From positions 62,001 through 126,000 of the forward strand of contig NW_013657637.1 of assembly GCF_000142905.1 (NCBI RefSeq): 64,000 nucleotides of DNA, in the 5' to 3' direction. Made by a program: the position numbers and the translations under genes. Source of the DNA: Thecamonas trahens ATCC 50062 (Eukaryota; Protista; Apusomonadida). A model generated the notes under the pieces. It was given only the letters and a program-made list of their open reading frames with translations. It was not told the origin of the DNA and made no database searches. Shown here piece after piece: positions 55,701 to 64,000 of this stretch; position 1 is the first letter of the stretch, and each line of letters opens with the position of its first letter.

Positions 55701-56028
55701 TTCCGGCTCGGCAGACGCCTCGCTCCGCGTCTGGGACCTCGGCTCTGGATCTACCATCTCGGTCTTTGACCCCTCGGGCGCCAACGACGTCACTCACTGC
55801 CTCCAGGCTGACGAGCACAAGATCATCTGCGGCCGTCGCGATGGCGTCCTCGCTGTCCGCACCCTCATCGACGGCTCGGTCGTCCGCACCTGGGATGCCC
55901 ACACCCGTGCCATCAACGCTGTCCAGTTCGACGAGACCCGTATCGTCTCCGGTTCGGAAGACAAGACCGCCAAGGTCATCGAGTTTGACGACAAGTCTGG
56001 CAAGAACAAGTCGTGCGTCATCTCGTAG
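52750..56028 (+). CDS. protein with three FBXW7/beta-TrCP-like WD40 propellers and a polybasic CaaX tail
   Basis: Three clusters of GH...WD repeats separated by Ser/Gly/Pro linkers; ends KSGKNKSCVIS. Confidence 0.9.
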   Translation: MSTTAFNWRTTHILGPVVNNIYSRSPVNALQVRDDRLLVGFSDSTVRLFDRASGIRMWTLEGHGGPVNCLHSSKTRMVTGSDDKMIKVWDMREGRCLLTLEGHIAPVLCVRLSDRHILSGGRDHTIKVWDKSTGYCLRTLRGHTGRIVDLQLGAGSGSQFYTSSTDGTIKLWDVRSENRIRSYKGHKKAIVSFHHEEATLISAADDGTIKSWDCATGKCSLTLRVGSEREIPQSIRIRNDLLFCGEASGTIRIREASTGTPVRLLEGHASRVAALQVEDFEIWSGSSDSTVRRWSTEDEVRILLERMKTEEFEVVDNSVLSSNTFTGDLTSPGPASPSGGAPSGGAPSSAATSSVAPSAVDAGSSSCRDSGSLAAVTVPSSSMTPLASGLSTTSFSAAGPGSPGGVLAPDGPPGPAVTLSSALQGTTVEPAWAVGEFVVTDLASGDSPILCCALSRDYIVYGTEDGQIVIADRGSPSSRRTKMWTSPIRAIFVAAIGVGSGADDGSVALWSSGSGTAVWSVQHHIGAVNALQTNGKFVASGSQDGSLKVMNAADGILVHSLTDHSGPVTTLHFLATTIVSGAADGSLAIWNATSGEVVKVLSGHKGAVTALEFDDLEVLSASEDGTIRVWDVATGECVRMYSLGEGEARINCLQFDDSKIVHGLANGNLVVRDMETGESVRVLTRHSESVTDLAYDANVIVSASRDASLRMWTFTGAPADSGGLARSDIADKVEARMGEIMARAGPSSGKPGDSLRAGASGTTYSPGTSPGGGGTPSSLAVNSTSKHLELSELAEWSRAECKKRTINRGKNTAINCLHFTGDSLVTGGSDGVAKMWDINTGSRLKTFRGHLGAVNCLRFSGDTLVSGDDLHVRVWSMASNSCVVTLDGHEGPVLSLGFNSEVIVSGSRDHTLKVWDLETGRLLRTLKGHNGRITDLVLRDQMIVSASTDGTLKLWDINTSQRVRSFKGHTQGVNCCSVVSTSIVSGSADASLRVWDLGSGSTISVFDPSGANDVTHCLQADEHKIICGRRDGVLAVRTLIDGSVVRTWDAHTRAINAVQFDETRIVSGSEDKTAKVIEFDDKSGKNKSCVIS

Positions 56029-56215
56029 CCCTCTTCTCCCGCTCCAGGCCGGCGCAGACTCTCCTTCGACCTGCCAAGCTCCGATGTTGTCGCCACTGAA
56101 GCCGACACCGCCCAATATTGAACGATGAACTCCTGTGATCAGCCCAGCCTCATCCGCTCGCGCTGTCCGTCCGGTCTGACAAGCCACTCCACCTCCCCCT
56201 CCCCCCCCTCCCCCC

Positions 56216-56653
56216 ATGGCTACCCCCACGCACACGCTGGTCTCAGCCCTACGCCCAGGCATGCGTGACGTTGCCCTCCACGTACAGGTTGTGTCGGTCG
56301 ACGCCACGGCCGATGCCGTCACCACGGCGGGTGAGCCTGTTGTCGCCGTCCACGCCCTCGTTGCCGATGCCTCGGCCGCCGTCGTCCTTGTCGTCCGATC
56401 CGCCGCTGCCGCCACGCTGCTTGTTCCGGGCACATGGCTCGCCATCACTGGCGCCGCCGTTTGCATCACCTCGCAGCGCACCCTCGCCGTCACCTTCGAG
56501 CCTCGCTGGGGCTCAGCCTCACTGACAGCCGCTGGCGCGCCTGCTGCCGCCGCTGATGATGACGAAGCGCCGCCGATGGAGGCGGCGAGCAACACAGCGG
56601 TCAACACAGCGACCAACATCTCCCTCGCTGTTCACGACCTCGTTCGCGCATGA
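56216..56653 (+). CDS. small OB-fold nucleic-acid-binding protein (SSB1/At4g28440-like)
   Basis: VSALRPGMRDVALHVQVV, ALVADASAAV, LVPG and terminal NISL motifs. Confidence 0.7.
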   Translation: MATPTHTLVSALRPGMRDVALHVQVVSVDATADAVTTAGEPVVAVHALVADASAAVVLVVRSAAAATLLVPGTWLAITGAAVCITSQRTLAVTFEPRWGSASLTAAGAPAAAADDDEAPPMEAASNTAVNTATNISLAVHDLVRA

Positions 56654-56664
56654 AGTGACGGCCT

Positions 56665-58106
56665 TTACAGCTGCGAACCCTTGGTCCGCTTGAACGCAAG
56701 CCGCACAGTCTCGGAGACTGGGCGGAGACCGGCAGCTACGCCGTACACCAGCGTGGCAAGGACAGCACGGCGGTAAGAGCGCAGGCGGCGGTGCTCGTGC
56801 AGGAGGTCGAGGACACCGGCGTCGATGGTGTCACGCAAGGCAGCAAGCTGGGCCTCCAGCGCCGACGTCTTGCTCGAGCCCTTGCGGTTGGCATCGCGGA
56901 AGGCCTTGTCGAGCGAGGCTAGCTCCTTCAGGTGGCGCTCGCGGGTCTTGAGCGCCGCGTCGGCGCCAGACACCACAGCGAGCACAAACTCGCCTTCGAG
57001 CGCAAGCGTCTCCATCTTGCGTTCCATCCTGGCCACATGTCGGGCCGTCCGCTCGGCGAGCGTCGCACCCCACGCCGAGACGCCGGCCATGAACGGATCG
57101 CTGACCGAGGCGCTTGACGAGTGCCCGCGCGAGGTGACCAGCTGCTCGGCAGTGGCGCCAACGGTGACCAGCGCCTCAGCTTCCTTCACCGCGGCGTCGA
57201 CTCGGGCCTCGCCGGCCGCCACAGCAGCGTCGACAAAGGCCCGCAGATCGGCAACGAGGTCAGCAAAGTGCAGCAGCCGCGAGCCATAGTCGACGGCAGC
57301 CAGCAGCTGGCTGCGGTCGTCATCGCCAGCGTCCGACGCCGAGCCTGTAGTCCGCGCCGCCGACGCCATCTCCTTGGCCGCCCACTTGGCAAAGTCCTTG
57401 CGCCCGTCTCGCGGCAGAAGAGCGCAACCTGCCGTGAGCCACCGAGCACAGGATGCTCGCACACGTACAGCACAAAACGCTCGAGCGCAGAGCGACGCTT
57501 CTCCACAAACTCCTCCGAGAAGCGGCCCAGGCGCTTCTTGCCCGGGAGTGCCGGCACGATGCGGTAGGGAAAGGCCTCGGACAGTGCGCCGTGGAGCCAA
57601 ACAAAGTCGCGGTAGCGCCTGACCGAGACTGTCTCCTCGCCGCCGGCCGTTGTCACCGTCAGCATGTACGAGGTGTGGGACTTGGAGAGCAGGCCCGATG
57701 TCGGTGCCTTGGCCTCGCACACAGCTAGCGCCACCTGCACCCCGACCATCTCCCCACTCGTTCGCTCCGTCGGCAGTGCCGTGCCCAGCGCCCCACCCAG
57801 CGCATCATCCGAGTCCGAGAACGAGCCCAGCGCATCGGCCGGCGCCGAGCCCGAGCTCCCCACAGACCCGCTGCTGGACGACTCACCAGCCAACGTCAGC
57901 GCCCGTCCACGCCACCCATCGGTACCGCTTGTCCCAGACCCATGTTTAGCCCCAGCTCCTGCCCCAGCTCCTGCCCCAGCTCCGGCCGCGGTCCCGGTCG
58001 TCGTCCCGCCCGTCCGTCCGCCTGTCGCCGGGCCTGCCGAGTCTGCGGCGTTTGCAGCCGTCGACGACCGCTGTGTCGGGTCGAGCAGGTCATCGATGAG
58101 CGACAT
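56665..58106 (-). CDS. sorting nexin (PX + BAR/Vps5-type); -1 frame break near 57403-57413
   Basis: PX: HTSY..VRRYRDFVWLH..FPYRIVPALPGK..FVEKRRSALERF..HPVL. The helical BAR-like region continues in another frame to the stop at 56665. Confidence 0.82.
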
Positions 58107-58131
58107 GTGGGGAGCACGTGTGGGTCGATAT

Positions 58132-59490
58132 GGTGGTGGTGGTGGTGGTGGTGGTGGTGGTGGTGGTGGTGGTGGTGGTGGTGGTGGTGGTGGGACAGGT
58201 ATGGCGGTCGGACAGGTATGGCGGTCGGTGAGCTGGCGGTTGTCGGTGAGCTGGCGGCTGGCAAGGGGCGAGGGGACCGAGGGCAAAGGCTCGACGGAGA
58301 GTGACAGACATTTTATCGGGCGAGATCTTCCTCGCCGCGGATGGCCCAGGCACGGGCGTCGGAGCGGAGCGTGGCAGAGACAAGGGTGTAACCGCCCCAG
58401 AGGTCGATGGTGGCGGCGGCGGCAAGCTTGTCGGTGTCGAGGAATACGACGGCGACGGTGGTGTCGTCGTACATCCGCCGGCGCTTGCGGGCTGGTTGGG
58501 AGACGAGAGCCTTGATGGGCTCGTCGGCACCGGCAAAGAGGACAAACGGACGAGCAGCTTTGTCGAGGACGCGGGCCACGAGGTAATCGGCACAGTTGGT
58601 GTACGGGCCGGGCGCGTCCATCCACTCAAAGACCATGTCGACAACTTCGGCCGAGGTGAACATGTCCCACAGGCCGTCGCAGCCGAGGACTACAAACGCG
58701 TCCGACGACGTCAGCTGTGCATGGTACACTGCAGGCTCGGCCGTCGTGTATGGCGGCGTGTACGGGTTTGGGATCCGCCGCGATGCAGACGACGCCTTGT
58801 CCCATACCCGTAAAAGTATGGTGGTGGGTGGTGGTGGTGGTGGTGGTGGTGGTGGTGGTGGTGGTGGTGGTGGTGGTGGTGGTGGTGGTGGTGGTGGTGG
58901 GACAGGTATGGCGGTCGGTGAGCTGGCGGTTGTCGGTGAGCTGGCGGCTGGCAAGGGGCGAGGGGACCGAGGGCAAAGGCTCGACGGAGAGTGACAGACA
59001 TTTTATCGGGCGAGATCTTCCTCGCCGCGGATGGCCCAGGCACGGGCGTCGGAGCGGAGCGTGGCAGAGACAAGGGTGTAACCGCCCCAGAGGTCGATGG
59101 TGGCGGCGGCGGCAAGCTTGTCGGTGTCGAGGAATACGACGGCGACGGTGGTGTCGTCGTACATCCGCCGGCGCTTGCGGGCTGGTTGGGAGACGAGAGC
59201 CTTGATGGGCTCGTCGGCACCGGCAAAGAGGACAAACGGACGAGCAGCTTTGTCGAGGACGCGGGCCACGAGGTAGTCGGCACAGTTGGTGTACGGGCCG
59301 GGCGCGTCCATCCACTCAAAGACCATGTCGACAACTTCGGCCGAGGTGAACATGTCCCACAGGCCGTCGCAGCCGAGGACTACAAACGCGTCCGACGACG
59401 TCAGCTGTGCATGGTACACTGCAGGCTCGGCCGTCGTGTATGGCGGCGTGTACGGGTTTGGGATCCGCCGCGATGCAGACGACGCCTTGT
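58132..59490. repeat. about 690-bp direct tandem duplication, (GGT)n plus the 3' part of PP2C; copies about 58132-58800 and 58820-59490
   Basis: Near-identical sequence at offset 690, with one SNP (58586 A vs 59276 G) and a 17-bp indel. Confidence 0.92.
58313..58800 (-). pseudogene. 5'-truncated duplicate of the PP2C 3' end
   Basis: Identical C-terminal peptide with no N-terminal catalytic half. Confidence 0.7.
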
Positions 59491-60394
59491 TGAACGCCCG
59501 GAACTTGTACTTGCCGTCGCCTAGCCCACGGGTCGGCTGCAGCCGGCCCTTGACCCGCCCGCGGAAGATGGCGTCAAACTCGCCGGCGTGCTCGGCCCGG
59601 ATCCGCACCACCTCGCTCGGCTCCTCGCCGTGGTGGTCCAGCGAGAGCGGTGTGGCAAACCGCGTTGCGCGAAGCTCCCGCGCCGCAAGCACCAGGCCCG
59701 GCGGACCGGCGGCGGCGCCGTCGAGCGCTTCGGCCACCACCGCCGGTGGCACGTCCCACCGGCGGACCGGAAGCCGCGCCGGTGCAGCAGTCGAGCCCAG
59801 GACCGCCCGGCAGTCACCGGCAGACGCCACGTACAGATCGCGGCCGGCGAGGTACGAGACCAGCAAGCAGGCGCCTGGCAGGCCATCCGCCGGAGTAAGG
59901 TCTCCGCGGGCGGCAGCAGCATCGCCAAGATAGGCGGCATCTGCCCAGCGGAAGCCACGGGCGAGCGCCGCCGCAAGCTCGTTGTGCTTGCAGCCGTGGC
60001 GGAGGGCGAGCGAGGCTGGGCCGTCGCCCAGCGAGGCGGCGATAAAGGCGAAGAGGTGATCACGGGCAAAGGCCGAGGCGCGCTGGCCCGAGTGGCCATC
60101 AAAGACGCCGACGAGCGCATGGCTTGATCCCAGCGCCACCGCCGAGGTATCCTCGCTCGGTGCGTTGGAGGCAAACGTCGCAGTGTGAATCGAGGCCACA
60201 GCGACGGGAGCCGCCGGCGGCGGGGTGACCACCCGCGACCCGTCTGACGACGAGACCATGGAGAAGACGTAGGACGAGGCGAGCGAGTAGTGCCACTTGG
60301 GCACAGCCGCCGCCGGCGGAGGGCTGCTGCTGCTGCTGTCAGTGCCGGCTGCTGCGCGAGTCCGCCCGCTGCCGTTCGAGGGAGGCGTTGCCAT
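59003..60394 (-). CDS. protein phosphatase 2C (PPM family)
   Basis: SED, GVFDGHSG, AGDCRAVLG, LQPTRGLGD, CDGLWD, DDTTV. Confidence 0.95.
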   Translation of the reverse strand: MATPPSNGSGRTRAAAGTDSSSSSPPPAAAVPKWHYSLASSYVFSMVSSSDGSRVVTPPPAAPVAVASIHTATFASNAPSEDTSAVALGSSHALVGVFDGHSGQRASAFARDHLFAFIAASLGDGPASLALRHGCKHNELAAALARGFRWADAAYLGDAAAARGDLTPADGLPGACLLVSYLAGRDLYVASAGDCRAVLGSTAAPARLPVRRWDVPPAVVAEALDGAAAGPPGLVLAARELRATRFATPLSLDHHGEEPSEVVRIRAEHAGEFDAIFRGRVKGRLQPTRGLGDGKYKFRAFNKASSASRRIPNPYTPPYTTAEPAVYHAQLTSSDAFVVLGCDGLWDMFTSAEVVDMVFEWMDAPGPYTNCADYLVARVLDKAARPFVLFAGADEPIKALVSQPARKRRRMYDDTTVAVVFLDTDKLAAAATIDLWGGYTLVSATLRSDARAWAIRGEEDLAR

Positions 60395-60647
60395 GGCTGT
60401 GGTGGCTGTGGTGGCTGTGGTGGCGGGCGTGGGGTGGGGTGCCGACTGACGGCGGCTGGCCGGCTGGACGGCTGGCCGGCCGAAGGCTGGCGGTCTGGGT
60501 CATGCTGCTGATCATCGGCCGGAGTGAGGGAGTGACGGTGTTACAGGGACGAACGATGGTATGGGCAGTGTGTGTGGTCGGCCTAACAGAGGCAGATAGA
60601 GATGGTCAAGGTGGTAGACGCGGGTCTAAGCCACGCGAGCTGGCCAT

Positions 60648-62510
60648 CTACACAAAGACAAGCGTGGCGTCGATGCCGCGCTGGGCATCGGCGGCCGAAA
60701 AGAAGACAGTGATGTCGATTGCATCCGTCGGCTTGCCGCGCGCAGGCCCGTAGAGCGGCACAAACGGCTCGCAGACAAAGGCCCGAGCCGGGAGGGCGTC
60801 GTCGCGGGTGATGACAAATGTGGAGGCATGCGGGCTGCGGACGACGATGCGGGCTGGGCAGGCGAGACCGGCACTCCGCACCCGGAGAGTGAGGCGCTCA
60901 GGGTGGGCCGAGGCGACAACGCGCATGGCGGTGCGAGCGGCGTCGAGTGTGTAGCTGATGGTCCGTCCGAGGCCGGAAGCCCGATCCTCGCCGTAGTGCA
61001 CGGTCTTGCGTGTGGCCTCGAGGATGGCACCGGGCGTTGGTTCGGGGATGAAAGCGGTGAGGCCGTCGACGGCGACGGCGGTGCCGTGGCCGCCGAGCGA
61101 CGAGGTGACTCTCAGTGGAAGGATTGCGCCGGCGCGGTGAAAGACTGGAAAGATGTCAAAGGGAACGGGGTAGGCGGCGAGGTGCGAGCCGCCGGCGTGG
61201 CGCGCGCCAGACCACCAGTCGATCCACGAGCCCTTGTCCGGAAAGTGGATCTCGCGGGTGGTCGAGTTGTCGGTCATAGGCGCGACGAAGATGTCTGGGC
61301 CGAGGAGATAGTTCCACGACGAGGGTGGGAGCGGGCCGAGGTCGAGGCCGAGCGGTCGCATGATCGACGAGCCGTCGATCCAGGCCTGTGTGCCTGCGGA
61401 GAGGAGGTAGGGGACCAGCTCGTAGTGAATGTGAACAAACACGCGGTATGTGTCGAGGGTGGCGTTGCCTGAGCCAAACATCCACGGCCGGTGCTGGTTG
61501 TCGCCACCGTTCTCCATCAGCGAGCAAAAGGCGCCCATCTGGAACCAGCGGGTGAAGAGGGCGGTGGTGCGGCCGTTGACCTTGTCCGACGAGCCGCAGC
61601 ACCGGTAGCCGCCGATGTCCGAGCCAAAGCCGACGTAGCCACGCCAAGCCGAGTGGAACATGTCCATGAGGGCGTCCTTGAGACCCTTGAAGGTCGGATC
61701 CTGGTCGCCGACCCATCCGGAGAAGACGACGTAGCGTGGAGAGAACGACCAGAGGTCGTCGACGGGACGCGACATGATGAGGCCCTCAAAGCCTCGGACC
61801 TTGCGGGTGTAGTTGAAAAAGTCTCCGTAGTACATGTCGGCGTACTCGCGCTCGTTGATCACGCCGCCCTTGCCGCGGATGATGCCAAACTCGATGACGT
61901 ACGGATCGGTCCCGTCGCACTTCCAGCCATCAACGCCCATGTCGAGGACAGTGTCCATCTGGGCGTGCCACCAGTCGACGGCAGCCGGGTTGGTGTAGTC
62001 GAGCCATGCGCCCTCGCCGTGCCACCACTTGAGCGTCTTGCCGTCGTTGAGATAGTAGCCGCCAGCCTTGCCCTCGGCGTAGTTTGACGAGTCGACATCG
62101 ATGACCGAGGTGACCCAGCAGATGACCTTGATGTTCTTGGCGTGCAGCTCGTCGATGAGGCCCGAAGCGTTGGGATATCGCCCGGTGTCAAAGGCAAAGT
62201 TGTTGATGCCCGACGACCACCGCGAGTCGAGGTCCACCGCCCCGACGGGGATGTCCCTCTCCAGAAAGCCGTCCACAAAGGCCCGAACCGCCGATCCGTT
62301 TGCCTGCGACGACGAGAGCCAGACCCAATGATGGTGTGCCCACTCGGCGTATGGTGCCGTCGCCACCTCGTCGGCTGCCGCCACCACCGCCAGGCGCGAC
62401 GGCGTGTCGGCACCACTCCTGCTGGTGCCGGATGCAGGTGCGACCAGGGCGAGGGTGAGGGCGAGGGCGAGGGCGAGGGAGAGGGCGAGGGTGGAGGAGG
62501 GGATACCCAT
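60648..62510 (-). CDS. secreted/lysosomal glycoside hydrolase family 31
   Basis: Signal peptide; LDSRW, YLDYTNP-like WLDYTNP, DGWKCDG nucleophile, WVGD acid/base, SDIGGY, RWFQMGAF, LVPYL. Confidence 0.92.
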   Translation of the reverse strand: MGIPSSTLALSLALALALTLALVAPASGTSRSGADTPSRLAVVAAADEVATAPYAEWAHHHWVWLSSSQANGSAVRAFVDGFLERDIPVGAVDLDSRWSSGINNFAFDTGRYPNASGLIDELHAKNIKVICWVTSVIDVDSSNYAEGKAGGYYLNDGKTLKWWHGEGAWLDYTNPAAVDWWHAQMDTVLDMGVDGWKCDGTDPYVIEFGIIRGKGGVINEREYADMYYGDFFNYTRKVRGFEGLIMSRPVDDLWSFSPRYVVFSGWVGDQDPTFKGLKDALMDMFHSAWRGYVGFGSDIGGYRCCGSSDKVNGRTTALFTRWFQMGAFCSLMENGGDNQHRPWMFGSGNATLDTYRVFVHIHYELVPYLLSAGTQAWIDGSSIMRPLGLDLGPLPPSSWNYLLGPDIFVAPMTDNSTTREIHFPDKGSWIDWWSGARHAGGSHLAAYPVPFDIFPVFHRAGAILPLRVTSSLGGHGTAVAVDGLTAFIPEPTPGAILEATRKTVHYGEDRASGLGRTISYTLDAARTAMRVVASAHPERLTLRVRSAGLACPARIVVRSPHASTFVITRDDALPARAFVCEPFVPLYGPARGKPTDAIDITVFFSAADAQRGIDATLVFV

Positions 62511-62780
62511 GGTAGAAGAGAGAGGGTGCGGGGTGTGGGTGTGGTGGTGGAGAGAAGGGGGGGGGAGCGTAGTGGGAGTGGGGTGGGAGTGGGGGTGGGG
62601 TGGGCGTGGCGCGCGTGCGCGTGCGCGCCAGTTGGAGACCTTTGGGATGCAATGGCTGCCGGCCGGGACGAAGGCGGATCGGTGCAGCTACAGTACAGGT
62701 ACAGTGCAGGGACGGACAAGCGGACAAGCGGTGCGCGCCGTGCGTGTGATGGAGGTGAGAGAGTCAGACTGGGATTTGCT

Positions 62781-63227
62781 TTACTCGTCGTCGTCGACAA
62801 CAGCGTACTTGGACTGCACGAGGGCGGTGGCGATGCGGTCCATGTGGCGGCGGCCCTCAGAGGTGAGGATGCGCATGTTGTTGGCGTCGCGGGTCACAAA
62901 CTTGATGGTCTCGAGGTTGTTGAGGCACGAGCGGGCGACGGCGCCCGAGCCGGTGGCAACGTGGTTGGGGGCGGTGCCGTTCCGCTTCTTGCCGCCGTAG
63001 ATGCGCTTGAACATGCCCACGCCAGTGGCGCCGCGCAGGTACACCTGGCGGGCGATGGCGGCGGCACGCACAAAGTACCAGTCGTTGTCGGTCGGCGAGG
63101 CCTCCTTGAAGTGCGCCGTCTTGACGTACTCGGCCCAGTCGGGCACCTTCATGCCGCCGTTCTCCTTGAGGAACTGGGAGAGAGCCATGATGAACTTCTC
63201 CGCGTGCACGTCCTTAACGTTCGGCAT
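62781..63227 (-). CDS. RPS19: 40S ribosomal protein S19 (eS19)
   Basis: VKDV..FI, PDWAEYVKT..KE..P..DWYFVRAAAIARQVY, YGGKKRNG..P.H, GRRHMDRIA. Confidence 0.97.
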   Translation of the reverse strand: MPNVKDVHAEKFIMALSQFLKENGGMKVPDWAEYVKTAHFKEASPTDNDWYFVRAAAIARQVYLRGATGVGMFKRIYGGKKRNGTAPNHVATGSGAVARSCLNNLETIKFVTRDANNMRILTSEGRRHMDRIATALVQSKYAVVDDDE

Positions 63228-63805
63228 ACTGCACACATATACATCACATCGCCACACGGGTGAGTCTTCCCCGCCATGCCCGCACCCTTTGCCTGCCGCC
63301 GCCGGTGTAGCTGCCGCGCCCTGCCGATCATACACAAAACCAGAAAAATAGCACTCGCCGCCGCAGCGAGCCTACACCCCCCCACCATCCCCCCCCATCG
63401 CCACCACGCGCAGAGTACATGCTCCTGCCTATGGTGTACACCATCTAGTGCGGGGGCCTTGCTCTGCCCACGCTACGTCGCTGTAGCCGGTGCTACGTCC
63501 GCTTCCGCCCTCGCGACGCATCCACTAAATCAGCGGCCACTCGGCGGGCCCCACGGCCAACCCAGCCATGGCACAGCTGGTATAGCAGAGCAAGACCCAA
63601 GGCCAAGTACGTGGCGTGTACCTGCTGCTCTGTGCTTCCTGGCCATGTGGCGTGCTCACTCCTTCCCTCCCTCCCGCTCCCCTCCCCAGCTCGTTCACGT
63701 ACGTGTGTATGTATGTGTGAAGTGGTGTGTCCAAGACTCGTCGAGCAAGCAATGCCTTCCATTCGTCCTTTGGCCAAATTTCGTCCGTTCGCTCCGACCA
63801 ACGCA

Positions 63806-64000
63806 CCAACGATTGTGGCTGCGAGCCAACGATTATGGCTACGAGCCAACGATTATGGCTACGAGCCAACGATTGTGGCTACGAGCCAACGATTGTAGCT
63901 ACGAGCCAACGATTATGGCTACGAGCCAACGATTGTGGCTACGAGCCAACGATTGTGGCTACGAGCCAACGATTGTAGCTACGAGCCAACGATTATGGCT
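63806..64000. repeat. 20-bp minisatellite GATT(A/G)T(G/A)GCTACGAGCCAAC, at least 9.5 units, runs off the window end
   Basis: Direct inspection. Confidence 0.95.

Noticed and set aside
60388-60401. RFX X-box-like GTTGCCATGGC
   Set aside because: It is an incomplete palindrome that coincides with the PP2C start codon context.
3554-62783. Stop-codon reassignment or selenoprotein readthrough
   Set aside because: TAA, TAG and TGA all terminate conserved proteins at expected positions, and no in-frame stops were found inside conserved domains.
63806-64000. CRISPR or telomere interpretation of the 20-bp hairpin repeat
   Set aside because: Units are directly adjacent without spacers and are not a G-rich telomeric unit.

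Overview
This is a gene-dense, GC-rich eukaryotic nuclear contig segment. It has spliceosomal GT-AG introns (donors GTACGC/GTACGT/GTATGT), C/G-run and CA-microsatellite-rich UTRs and introns, and four N gaps. The overall style suggests a flagellated protist such as an apusomonad (inference only). About 33 protein genes are supported: a HEAT protein, NAT16-like GNAT, CMC1, a cupin, WD40 proteins, PFDN2, TMF1 golgin, an RBR E3, a GT95/GT96-like glycosyltransferase, GATAD1-like, WDR75, a DHHC, a SHIPPO/STPG-repeat protein, a RUN protein, CEP85-like, CDIN1, a P5A-ATPase, a 4TM protein, a UBX protein, an F-box/ankyrin protein, a secreted PTP, a triple-WD40 CaaX protein, an OB-fold protein, a sorting nexin, PP2C, GH31 and RPS19. 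There is also one tRNA-Trp(CCA), two minisatellites and a 690-bp tandem duplication. The most interesting observations are: (1) an intron-containing, RGG-tailed homologue of giant-virus (ASFV g5R/D250R-type) mRNA-decapping Nudix enzymes with a destroyed catalytic box; (2) convergent genes whose stops lie 2-18 bp apart, with a recurrent (G)TAAA motif at or just after stop codons as a candidate poly(A) signal; (3) an AT-rich island packed with perfect palindromes; (4) a tRNA-Trp with an A31:C39 mismatch; (5) four -1 frame breaks, most likely homopolymer sequencing errors. All family assignments come from motif recognition by eye, with no database searches.
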